Source of the DNA: Candidatus Woesearchaeota archaeon
Lineage (GTDB): Archaea; Nanobdellota; Nanobdellia; Woesearchaeales; JAAOYA01
NCBI GenBank assembly: GCA_018221105.1
Contig: JAAOYA010000001.1
Location: forward strand, 50,812-114,811
Direction of reading: 5' to 3'
Length of the DNA: 64,000 nt
Shown here piece by piece: positions 48,075-57,675 of this stretch. A program made the position numbers and the translations under genes. The notes under the pieces are model-generated. The model was given only the letters and a program-made list of their open reading frames with translations. It did not search any database and had not been told where the DNA came from. Every line of letters starts with the position of its first letter. The stretch's first letter is position 1.

Positions 48075-51000
48075 ATGATTAAAGTGAGAAAAACAAACGC
48101 AGTGCTTATGATATTATTAATAGTTTTACTGCCAGTATACAGTGCTCAAGTTTTTGCTGCTAGCATAACAATAAATTCTATAACAGGAAGTGAAGGTGTT
48201 GACTGGATTAGAAAAAGCGATGATACAACAGCACTTGACGTTACAATATTTGATGATGGACTGCCAGTAGAAGCCAGTGACGTCACTTACGAGAGACCTT
48301 ACAAGGCAAGCACAGCATTTAGTCAATGCACAGATGGCGGAGGAGGATACTACACTTGCACTGCAACAGAAACAGATACCCTGCCAGGCGGCAAACTAAC
48401 TTATACTGTGGTTTTTGGCAGTGAAAGTCGCGGTGCTCAAATACTAATTGATGACTTCGCACCATATACTAACGCGCTAAACATTTACTCAGATTACGTC
48501 AATGCAACTCCAACAATCAACTTTGAAGTCAGCGACATACCATCAAGTGGCTCAAGCGATCTATGCAGTGGTTTCAAAGCAGTAAAAGTTTTCGAGCGCA
48601 GCACCCGACAAGAACTATCAACCAACACTTTAGAAATTAGTGCTTGCTCATACGATGGCGGCGCAAGCGTAGATTTATCAACACTATCAGCAGGAGAGCA
48701 CGTCATTTGCTTGTTGGCGGTGGATCGAGCTGGAAACTTTGATAGCGCTTGGCTTGCAACAAACACCATTTGCAAAGAAGTAAACATTGACAACACAAAA
48801 CCACAAGTTAGCAGTGTAGCATTGACAAGCAATGGAGAGCAAGTACATTATTTGGCGCCAGCAGGAAAATTCGTTTACCTAAATATTAGTGTGACAACAG
48901 ACACAGCGCCAATAAGCGCTACTGAATCTTGGGCAGATTTATCAAATATTGCTGGCAATGACGCTCTTGACAAAGTGCCGCCATTATGCGAAATATTAGA
49001 AGAAACAAATACTTCAACAACTTATAATTGTTATTGGTATTTTAGAGCAAAAATTGCTGACAGTGGAAGCATTAGCGTACCTTACAACATTGTTGACGAG
49101 GCAGGAAACTTCAACACAAACACTAAAAGCTTCTCATTAAGCTTAGATGTTAACCCGCCAACAATAACAGAAGTAGTAACAAATCACGTTTACGATTCTG
49201 TAAGCTATGTAGGCTACAACAACACATTCATAGTACGATTATCTGATGGTGCTAGCGGCAGTGGCTTTAGTGAAGAACAAGTATTTCTGAACAATTTAAT
49301 AGCTGACGAGTGCAGTGGTCAAAGCGGTGATTGGAATTGTTATTGGTATAACATCATACCTCCAACAAGCACTGGTAGCAATTTAGCATTACAAGTTGAG
49401 GCATTTGATGACACAGGACAACAAAACACTTTTAGCACAACACTGCCAACAGATTTCACACCGCCTGTTGTTAATAACATCACATTGCACAACGATGATG
49501 CCATAATTTTAGAAGATGAAACAATAATATTCAAAGTACGACTCTACGACGCGCAAAGCGGAATAAAAAGCGATGATGGAAGTTACAACGCTTACGCCAA
49601 CTTTGAAAACATTAACGGTGAGTCAATGGTACAAGCAAGCCAATGCTACAATGAAAACGACAATTTTTGGCTTTGTGAATTTCAAGCAACAAGAGTATGG
49701 GCAGGACCAGTGAGTGCAAGTTTTACAATTTATGACACAGCAGAAAACAAAGAAGAAGTTGCCACTAATAGTCAATTCTACTACAATGGTGGCGGAGCAT
49801 ACATAAACAACGAATTCAACAGTTACAGAGTTTACCGCTCTGACACTGCAACAGTAGCACGCGATTATTGGACTATCGAAGTATTAGATCACACGCCAAG
49901 AGCTGTTGACCGTGAGATTACTGACTTTTTGAGTGTTCCAGTAACATTCACACTAGAATTAAAAGGTTCAAGCAGTGGAATAAAACCATTATTATTAGAG
50001 TTCAGAGGATGCGAGGGAACACAAAACAGTCAATATTATGACGCTTACACAAAAGACGGTCATGAAAACCTGATAATGAACGGGTTCGCACCAGCAGGCC
50101 CGTCGCCTTACACTTTTGATTTTCAATTCTTTTTAGTGGATGACACAATGCCTGATGAGGCAAGCTTGAATTTTACTTGTGAGTTTTCAACAATAACACA
50201 GCGCGGCACAATGGCAACAAACGCAGAACTCGATTTAGTAAACATTAGTGTTCCATTATACAATTATCCTTTAGGCGAGCTTTCACAAAACGTGGAAAAC
50301 AAAATCGACAATATCAAAGACTCTTGGATTGTAAGCGCAGAATGGATAGGAAGCCTGCAAGAAATACTAGATTACGGCCAAAGAATATGTTCAATGATTA
50401 AAATATATCATAAACTAGCAGTGTTGATAGCTTGGATAAAAGACGGCCTTAAAGGCTGTCCTATGTGCAAACCTGCAGAAAAAGCAGCCGGCGGAATGGT
50501 CTTTGCAATAGAAGATCTGGCAGGCTCTGTATGGAAAAAATATGCTAATTACATGTGCGCCGCGCTAGAGTGCAGATTGTGGAATGAAATAATTGCTCAT
50601 AACGAAGATGGTGATAGTGGAAAATTCACAAATTTCTTTGGAGATATTGAAGAGTGGGTTGACGATCCACTAGCATTGAAAAAAGCTTGCGGCGAACCAG
50701 GAACAGATGCTTATACTGAATGTGTTAAGAACTTAGGAGACGTTGGATTTGACACAAAAGAAAGCTTGATTTGGAGCACTTTAACATTATGCGTTCCAGG
50801 AGTAGTTTATAACTTACAAAAAGCTAGGGTTTTAGAGTGCAACAAGATAAGTTGTTATCAGCAAACAGCTGATCAAACATACACAGTTGACGAGTGCGAA
50901 AAACAATATTCTTATGGAATGTGCAAATATGTTTACGGACAAATATTCAATTTGATACCATTATCAAAACTAACAAGCAATTTTGTAAAAGCAGTAGGTA

Positions 51001-51239
51001 ACGTATTAAAAGATCCTGTAGCACTAACGACTTTTGCAATAAAATGGGTTTGTGCAGTAAGTACTTGTGGCGGAGAAAAGGGTAGTTGTGGTGCTTGTAC
51101 TGTAGTATCGCAAGTTGATTGGCTAGCGTCACTTGCTTGTGATTTAGGAGCTGGTGATTGCCCAGGACTCTGGGATGATAGTGATACAACAGTTGATGAT
51201 AGTATTTGTGAAGAAGTACTGGACGAGGATGATGAATAA
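48075..51239 (+). CDS. Giant secreted Ig-like repeat + Cys-rich helical protein, paralog 1
   Basis: Signal peptide LLPVYSA; repeated D-x-x-P-P / D-x-AGN Ig-like units; Cys-rich C-terminus. Confidence 0.75.
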   Translation: MIKVRKTNAVLMILLIVLLPVYSAQVFAASITINSITGSEGVDWIRKSDDTTALDVTIFDDGLPVEASDVTYERPYKASTAFSQCTDGGGGYYTCTATETDTLPGGKLTYTVVFGSESRGAQILIDDFAPYTNALNIYSDYVNATPTINFEVSDIPSSGSSDLCSGFKAVKVFERSTRQELSTNTLEISACSYDGGASVDLSTLSAGEHVICLLAVDRAGNFDSAWLATNTICKEVNIDNTKPQVSSVALTSNGEQVHYLAPAGKFVYLNISVTTDTAPISATESWADLSNIAGNDALDKVPPLCEILEETNTSTTYNCYWYFRAKIADSGSISVPYNIVDEAGNFNTNTKSFSLSLDVNPPTITEVVTNHVYDSVSYVGYNNTFIVRLSDGASGSGFSEEQVFLNNLIADECSGQSGDWNCYWYNIIPPTSTGSNLALQVEAFDDTGQQNTFSTTLPTDFTPPVVNNITLHNDDAIILEDETIIFKVRLYDAQSGIKSDDGSYNAYANFENINGESMVQASQCYNENDNFWLCEFQATRVWAGPVSASFTIYDTAENKEEVATNSQFYYNGGGAYINNEFNSYRVYRSDTATVARDYWTIEVLDHTPRAVDREITDFLSVPVTFTLELKGSSSGIKPLLLEFRGCEGTQNSQYYDAYTKDGHENLIMNGFAPAGPSPYTFDFQFFLVDDTMPDEASLNFTCEFSTITQRGTMATNAELDLVNISVPLYNYPLGELSQNVENKIDNIKDSWIVSAEWIGSLQEILDYGQRICSMIKIYHKLAVLIAWIKDGLKGCPMCKPAEKAAGGMVFAIEDLAGSVWKKYANYMCAALECRLWNEIIAHNEDGDSGKFTNFFGDIEEWVDDPLALKKACGEPGTDAYTECVKNLGDVGFDTKESLIWSTLTLCVPGVVYNLQKARVLECNKISCYQQTADQTYTVDECEKQYSYGMCKYVYGQIFNLIPLSKLTSNFVKAVGNVLKDPVALTTFAIKWVCAVSTCGGEKGSCGACTVVSQVDWLASLACDLGAGDCPGLWDDSDTTVDDSICEEVLDEDDE

Positions 51240-52596
51240 AATGTTACGACCAAGCCAACCCGCGCAATGGCCAACACAGCAAGCTAGTCAATACTATCAA
51301 AGCGATCCGCAAGCTTACGCTCAAAACCAACAATACAGTGTTAACGGTCAGAATTATCATCCTTCACAACCAATACCAGGGCAACCAACACAACACCACC
51401 TACTAATTTGGGGGGTAATAATATTTTTTACATTGTTATTAGTAGGCTCTGGAACAATCATTTACTTGTATAATAAAACTCCAAGCGAGCCACCATATTT
51501 TATTCCAACAACAGAACCAACAACACCAATTGTCAAGACAGGTCTGCGTGTGGAACAAGCAGTGTTCGCGTCAAACGTTGACACAAGCGGAGCGTATTAC
51601 ACGTACACTGTGCAGCCAAACGCAGAGTACGAAATAGGTAGTTACGCATACTTATACGTCAAAGTCAAAGGTTTTGATTCAAGACTAACAAACGGCAAGT
51701 CAGAAGTTCACGTAGTAGAAGACATAAAAGTCTTAGGACCAGATGGCAGAACAGTTAGAGACTTGAACTTGCCAGCGATCGCAGAGTACAAAGAAACAAT
51801 CCAAAACCTTCACGAGTACGTAGACTTTTCTGCAAAGATTCCACTGTGGAATGATTTGCCACAAGGGCGATACACTGCAGTGATAACATTGCATGATATG
51901 ATAGGAGGTGAGAGTGTCAGCGAACAGTATAAGTTTACATTATCACAGCCTGACAAGAGTGCACTAATAGAGCAAGACTTTTCAAAACTAACAGGAGAAG
52001 TAACAGTTCAAATAAAATTCTTTGACCCTCAAGGACAAGAAATTACTGCACTAGCACAACAAAAAACTGTCAGTTCAACAAACCCATTAGATTACGAGCC
52101 CACAATACCGCATTATTTTATTGCAGGAGAGTACTCTGCACAAATAATTTTCACCGATGCTGATGGCAACACTGAAACAAAAACAGTCACACTAGAAGAA
52201 AAAGACGAATTACTAATTGACAATTTAGACTTTGCAAGCAAAGTAATGACTAATTATGACTACTTACAACAAGCAGGCGCGATGTACAACGCAGGAGACA
52301 TAATATACATTTACTTCGAAGTCAAAGACTTCGAACAAGACAGCGCAGGCAAAGTAGCATTTGTAGAAGACATTGTGACAACAGGACCTGACGGTAAAAT
52401 TGTTGACAGTTTAAGCGCCGACAATCTTTACTCTGTTGATGATGAATATAGTTCAACACAAGCAATGTTTCAAGTAAAAAACACCTTACCAACAAGCACC
52501 AATTATCAAAAAGGAGAATACACAACAACAATAACTATTACTGATAGGTTAAGCGGTCAATCAACAACTAAGAAAGGAGTGTTCACACTAAAATGA
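51232..52596 (+). CDS. Single-pass membrane protein: P/Q-rich cytoplasmic N-terminus, duplicated extracellular Ig-like domain
   Basis: Q/P-rich segment, then TM, then two copies of Y.Y..VK.F...VEDI...GPDG; start uncertain (51229, 51232 or 51241). Confidence 0.7.
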   Translation: MNKMLRPSQPAQWPTQQASQYYQSDPQAYAQNQQYSVNGQNYHPSQPIPGQPTQHHLLIWGVIIFFTLLLVGSGTIIYLYNKTPSEPPYFIPTTEPTTPIVKTGLRVEQAVFASNVDTSGAYYTYTVQPNAEYEIGSYAYLYVKVKGFDSRLTNGKSEVHVVEDIKVLGPDGRTVRDLNLPAIAEYKETIQNLHEYVDFSAKIPLWNDLPQGRYTAVITLHDMIGGESVSEQYKFTLSQPDKSALIEQDFSKLTGEVTVQIKFFDPQGQEITALAQQKTVSSTNPLDYEPTIPHYFIAGEYSAQIIFTDADGNTETKTVTLEEKDELLIDNLDFASKVMTNYDYLQQAGAMYNAGDIIYIYFEVKDFEQDSAGKVAFVEDIVTTGPDGKIVDSLSADNLYSVDDEYSSTQAMFQVKNTLPTSTNYQKGEYTTTITITDRLSGQSTTKKGVFTLK

Positions 52597-53102
52597 AAAA
52601 ACTAACAATTGCAATAACATTATTGTTGACAATTATAGTTTTACAAACTGTCATTGCTTTTGACGAGCCAAGCATTGGAGAAGCACAACTAATAGCTGAC
52701 GATGTTGATCCAACAACAGAACCAGAACTCTATGATAAATTATACGCTGCGGCAAGCAGTGAAAATGTCGACTACACCCCAGCACAACAAGCAAGAATAG
52801 AAGAAATAAGAGCAAACGCTAGAACATTTGGAACAAGCACGACAACACAACCAGAAGAAGATGAAGGCGGAGTTGTTGAAACTATTGTAGGATTTTGGAA
52901 CGCGATAAACCCTTTTGGTCCAGACGAAGCAGAAGCAGGCGAGGTCAGCGCTGATGGACAAAACGTTGAAGCTACACCAACAGTTGACACTGGAATATTA
53001 AGTATTGAACAAATAATAGAACAATCAAACGCAGGGCAACAAACAGTTCAAACAACAGAGCCTGTAACAACAACAAGTTGTAGTGACAGGCCTGCTAGCT
53101 AA
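52593..53102 (+). CDS. Secreted acidic hypothetical protein
   Basis: Signal peptide MKKLTIAITLLLTIIVLQTVIA. Confidence 0.65.
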   Translation: MKKLTIAITLLLTIIVLQTVIAFDEPSIGEAQLIADDVDPTTEPELYDKLYAAASSENVDYTPAQQARIEEIRANARTFGTSTTTQPEEDEGGVVETIVGFWNAINPFGPDEAEAGEVSADGQNVEATPTVDTGILSIEQIIEQSNAGQQTVQTTEPVTTTSCSDRPAS

Positions 53103-53103
53103 A

Positions 53104-54900
53104 ATGACAAACCAAAATAATATTATTTTGAAAAGCTTTTTGTTAGTGATAAGTATATTATTATTGACCGCTTCAGTGCTGAGCTGTGATGGTCATAGCA
53201 CGCCTAGCGATTTATCTGCAGAGCAACGACAACAATATGAATCGGTAGAAAATTATTATGCTGATCATAATGTTCCACTAGAAGATGTGATAGGACAACT
53301 ACAAATCACTAACAGTCCTAATTCTGTTGAAATACTGCAAGCTTACATCACTAATAAGATTGATTTGTTACCTACATACCAACAACAAGCGCTTAGGGAT
53401 TCATTGCAAGAACAAGCAGCAACAAACACAAAACTTGCTGTTTTAGTAGATCACATTGATGAAAATTCAAAAGTTGTTGGTTCAACAGGAGTTACACTTG
53501 ACACTCCGGCTACAACACCCCTACCACCACCTGCTGGAACTGTTGATGTTGACGGCGTAACTGTTAACCCTTCTGGCACTTACTTATACGAAGTGATTCC
53601 CGGGTGGAGTACTATGAATATTCAAGAACGTGAAAGTGTTGCTAGAGATTTAGGTTTTCCAGAAGACCAAATAGCAAACCTTGGAGATGCTGGGGCGAAT
53701 ACTCAATTATTAAACCTTGCGCTACAAAAAGCAAGCGAGCAACAAAGTAGCACGCCTCAAGAAGGAAGTGTAGTCATAGACACTACAGAAGAACCTCTGC
53801 TTGTTGACCCTAATACTATTGCTGATATTGAAGAGTTTGAACAACAACTTAACGCACAAAATGAACCTGAAGAATTGGGTTCTGTTGATGATTGGAGTTT
53901 TGTTGTTGGAGGTCCTCACGAAACACTAGTTTGCGTTAATGTTCAAGGATGTGGTGATTACAGCGTTGGAGAATCAGTAAATGCTATTACAGCTTCAATT
54001 AATCATGAAGAATTTTATACTACTGTTTATACACAACATCAGAACTATCAAAATTTTGGCGCATTGATTGATTATAATTATAAAACTGTTGATGGAGTGA
54101 CAGTTATTGAATGCGAAAGTAAGTGTCCTGAATATTTTAGCACTTGCGGTGGTAACACTTGTACTCAAAAACAATTAGCTAATGCTATTGGAGCGAACAA
54201 TGCAGAGTATGTGTTTAGTACTCGCGAGCGTTTGCGTGTTGGCACAGCACACTATGCTACTTTTTTAGCACAGAGCACTCAATTATTGGAGGGTTATGAG
54301 GGTATTAACGCGATGTTTGGCAAGCCTGATGATGATTTTATTTATGATGAGTTGGACTTGTGGATGCAAGAAGCATTGGGCGGTATTGACGGTTGGAGTG
54401 CTGGAATGTGTCGCAGGATGAGAGATTTTGAACCATCAGTGAGTGATGGTTACGTGATTGGTGAAAATATTGGCACTAGCGCTCACGTGAGCGCACAAAA
54501 AACACCTATAGTAAATGTTAACGGCACTAACAGTTTTGTCTATAAGCTTGGCTGGGCTGTTCACCTTGGTGATTGTGAGGAGTTCAAAATTAATGTGGAG
54601 TTAACACCTAACACTAAAAAATTATACACTAGTGCTAAAACAGTCACAGGTAGTATTAACGAGTTTTTTGTTATAGAAAGCGTTAATGATTATACAAAGA
54701 TTTGCATAAATTTTAAAGATGTGCCAAACGGTTGTTTTGCAGGAAAAGACGATGATTTTAAAACTTGCAATGAGGTAGTATTAGTTGATGATAGTTTTAG
54801 CGGGCAAGCAATAAGTGATGCTGTCAACACTGGCACTACAACTACTGACTCTGGTACAACAACCGATAGTGAAGGAGCTACTATTGATTTAGACATTTAG
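53104..54900 (+). CDS. Secreted hypothetical protein
   Basis: Signal peptide KSFLLVISILLLTASVLS-C; start ATG 53104. Confidence 0.7.
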   Translation: MTNQNNIILKSFLLVISILLLTASVLSCDGHSTPSDLSAEQRQQYESVENYYADHNVPLEDVIGQLQITNSPNSVEILQAYITNKIDLLPTYQQQALRDSLQEQAATNTKLAVLVDHIDENSKVVGSTGVTLDTPATTPLPPPAGTVDVDGVTVNPSGTYLYEVIPGWSTMNIQERESVARDLGFPEDQIANLGDAGANTQLLNLALQKASEQQSSTPQEGSVVIDTTEEPLLVDPNTIADIEEFEQQLNAQNEPEELGSVDDWSFVVGGPHETLVCVNVQGCGDYSVGESVNAITASINHEEFYTTVYTQHQNYQNFGALIDYNYKTVDGVTVIECESKCPEYFSTCGGNTCTQKQLANAIGANNAEYVFSTRERLRVGTAHYATFLAQSTQLLEGYEGINAMFGKPDDDFIYDELDLWMQEALGGIDGWSAGMCRRMRDFEPSVSDGYVIGENIGTSAHVSAQKTPIVNVNGTNSFVYKLGWAVHLGDCEEFKINVELTPNTKKLYTSAKTVTGSINEFFVIESVNDYTKICINFKDVPNGCFAGKDDDFKTCNEVVLVDDSFSGQAISDAVNTGTTTTDSGTTTDSEGATIDLDI

Positions 54901-54903
54901 AAA

Positions 54904-55659
54904 ATGAAAAAAATAAACAATTATTTTGGCAAAGAATTGCAAGCCATCAAGGCTTCAATGACTGGTGGTCAGCGCTACATTAAAATTTTGTTTGTTGACG
55001 CAGCGTTTATTTTACTCAGCATTCTAGTATCATTTATGATTAGTGGACTCTTGGCTTTTATCACACGATTATTTCCTGATTTTGAAATGATTATGAACAC
55101 TCCAATAGAACAATTACAAGCCACTTTAGACGTCGGGCAAGCGCTTGCGAGCAGTAAGGCTGGATTGTTTTTGGTAATCATTACTTTGATGGCAGGTTTT
55201 ATCCTGATGCTAGCACTAACAGGCTTTTTTAGCAGTCTAAGTCTTTTTATAGCCCAGAAAACTAAACCCTCAAAAAAATTGTTGCAACAAGGTTTGATTC
55301 TTGGAAGTGTTTGGATTGGACTGACACAATTATTATTGTTTGGTATTAGTGCTATAACAAAACTTAACGCTTTTATCATAATGATTGTTGGATTAATATC
55401 AATTTTCTATTTTGCACTGGCAGTTTTGAATTTAGCAAAAACAAAAGATATTCTTTTGGCAGTACAAAAAAGTTTTCAAACACGTGTTTTATACTATCTT
55501 GCAAGCATTGGACTTTTCGTGCTAGTGTTTATTGTTTTAAACATGCTCGCTTACCCACTACAATTTTTGAGTTTTTTCGGAATTGTACTGACAGTAATAA
55601 TTTTTGAAACATTTATAATATGGAGTCGCGTATACTTAGCAGAAATACACAAAAAATGA
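54904..55659 (+). CDS. Multi-TM membrane protein
   Basis: About 6 TM helices; ATGA overlap with the next gene. Confidence 0.7.
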   Translation: MKKINNYFGKELQAIKASMTGGQRYIKILFVDAAFILLSILVSFMISGLLAFITRLFPDFEMIMNTPIEQLQATLDVGQALASSKAGLFLVIITLMAGFILMLALTGFFSSLSLFIAQKTKPSKKLLQQGLILGSVWIGLTQLLLFGISAITKLNAFIIMIVGLISIFYFALAVLNLAKTKDILLAVQKSFQTRVLYYLASIGLFVLVFIVLNMLAYPLQFLSFFGIVLTVIIFETFIIWSRVYLAEIHKK

Positions 55660-57671
55660 CTAAAAGAGGACAAATAACATTGTTTATCATCATTGGCATA
55701 GTGCTAGTTTTGAGCGCTGCACTACTAATTTATTTGATGAGTCCTCTATCATTTCAGGAGACTAAAGTGTTGCCTGAAAATGTTAAGCCAGTAACTGGCT
55801 TTGTAGAAGAGTGCACTGCGATAGTTGGCGAGACCGCGATCAGACAGTTAGCAGCTGGAGGCGGCTGGATTAATGTACCACAAGGTTTTCTTTTAGAGCC
55901 TTCAAGTTATTTGTCCCTTGACAAGTTTAACTTGCAAAAACTTCCTTATTGGTATTATGATGGTAAAGATTATGCTCCGACACTACAAGTTATGGAGGAA
56001 GAACTAGAAAATTACATTGCACAAAATGTTGAAACTTGCTTGGACGAATTCACTGTTTTTGATGATCACTTTAAAGTCCGCGTTTATGACGATCCAACTG
56101 CAAAGGTTGAAATACAAAAAAATAATGTTTTAATAACTTTAGATTACCCAATAAAAATTGACACTCTTGATTCTCGCGAGACAGCTAAAAGGCGCGAGTT
56201 CACAACATTACTTGACGCTAATCTGCGTGAGATTCACGAGTTTGCAACAGACTTGTTAGAAAGTGAGAACGAGCAAGAACACTTTGAGCGAATAACAATG
56301 GACTTGGTAAGCCAAAACCCTGACATTCCACTGACAGGTTTTGATTTTGATTGTGGTGCTCCAAAAAACTGGTATTTGCCAACAGTTAAACAACAATTAC
56401 AAGAACAATTATTTTATAATCTGCCAAGAATTCGTTTCAAAAACACTGCTTACGTGCCATTTATCGCGCCAGAACAAAACTATGAGCGTTTAAAAGAAAA
56501 GTATCCTGCTAGCGAGATTTTTGCTGGCAACACTCCAGAACCAGGCGAGAAACCTGAGGACGCTTATGAATACTTTCACTATTTTTTAGATGTTAGCGAT
56601 GTTGATTACCCTCGCTTGACAGCTGCTGCTAGGTACTTGCCAAACTGGGGAATGGATTTTATAGTAACGCCTAGTGATGGACCTTACCTAAAAGCCGATC
56701 GTGGCACTGGACCAAAAAAATTCTTAAGATTTTTGTGCATTCAAACATATCACTTCACCTACGACATTATTTATCCGTTGATGGTGACTATTACTGACCA
56801 ACAAAGTTTTGAAGGTCAAGGATTATCTTTCAATTATGCGATTCCGATAATCATCACTGACAATCAAGGTGATAGATCACCTTATGCTATGAGATCTTTT
56901 AGCCCTCAAAACCCTGACACTAGCGTGTGTTCAGATTATAACACTGACCGTGTTATTGATGTTAGGGCTGTTGGAGCTTTTGATTACACTGGCATTAAAG
57001 AACCATTGAATGGTGTTAACATTAGTTATGAGTGTTTTACACATCTTTGTGCTCTTGGCAAGACAACTGCACAAGGTGGAGTTTATCGCTTTAGCACTTT
57101 TGAGCCAGGATTTTGCGCTAATGGTTATCTAATAGCGCAAAAAGATGGTTATTTAGAAGGGCGAACACAATTAACGAGTGCTAGTGATACTGTGCAGATT
57201 GAAATGAAAAAATTACGAGAGTTAGACTACGATGTAGTGCCAATAGACAGTCGTGATTTAACAGTTGATGACGATTTTGAGCCTGACGAGCAAGTATTAA
57301 TTCATATTACTGAAACAAACACAGGCTATGAAATCTACAAAACCTATCCTGCGAACACTGTGATGACTGATAGTGATTACCAATCATTGTTTGGCAGTTT
57401 AGAATTGCCACAAGACACTACTATTGAATTATTAGAAGACAATGCAAACTATGAACTAGACCTTTTGTTAATTGAAGGCAATAATATTGTTGGCGGCTAC
57501 AAAGCAGAGTGGAACGTTAAATTTGTAGATATTATTGATGAAAACAACATGACATTTTACGTCATAAGAAAACACCCTCCAGTGCTTGATGATATTCAAA
57601 AGCAAGCAGAACTGTTTGACTACATAGAAAACGGCAATTATTCACTGACGGTAAAACCAACATTTAAATAG
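55656..57671 (+). CDS. Large pilin-like protein with class III-type signal (KRG/Q), paralog 2
   Basis: MTKRGQITLFIIIGIVLVL; homologous to 45733-48051. Confidence 0.75.
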   Translation: MTKRGQITLFIIIGIVLVLSAALLIYLMSPLSFQETKVLPENVKPVTGFVEECTAIVGETAIRQLAAGGGWINVPQGFLLEPSSYLSLDKFNLQKLPYWYYDGKDYAPTLQVMEEELENYIAQNVETCLDEFTVFDDHFKVRVYDDPTAKVEIQKNNVLITLDYPIKIDTLDSRETAKRREFTTLLDANLREIHEFATDLLESENEQEHFERITMDLVSQNPDIPLTGFDFDCGAPKNWYLPTVKQQLQEQLFYNLPRIRFKNTAYVPFIAPEQNYERLKEKYPASEIFAGNTPEPGEKPEDAYEYFHYFLDVSDVDYPRLTAAARYLPNWGMDFIVTPSDGPYLKADRGTGPKKFLRFLCIQTYHFTYDIIYPLMVTITDQQSFEGQGLSFNYAIPIIITDNQGDRSPYAMRSFSPQNPDTSVCSDYNTDRVIDVRAVGAFDYTGIKEPLNGVNISYECFTHLCALGKTTAQGGVYRFSTFEPGFCANGYLIAQKDGYLEGRTQLTSASDTVQIEMKKLRELDYDVVPIDSRDLTVDDDFEPDEQVLIHITETNTGYEIYKTYPANTVMTDSDYQSLFGSLELPQDTTIELLEDNANYELDLLLIEGNNIVGGYKAEWNVKFVDIIDENNMTFYVIRKHPPVLDDIQKQAELFDYIENGNYSLTVKPTFK

Positions 57672-57675
57672 GACT

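Noticed and set aside
52593-54900. Possible frameshifted single gene (169 aa + 605 aa overlap)
   Set aside because: The second ORF has its own ATG at 53104 just after the first stop and its own signal peptide.
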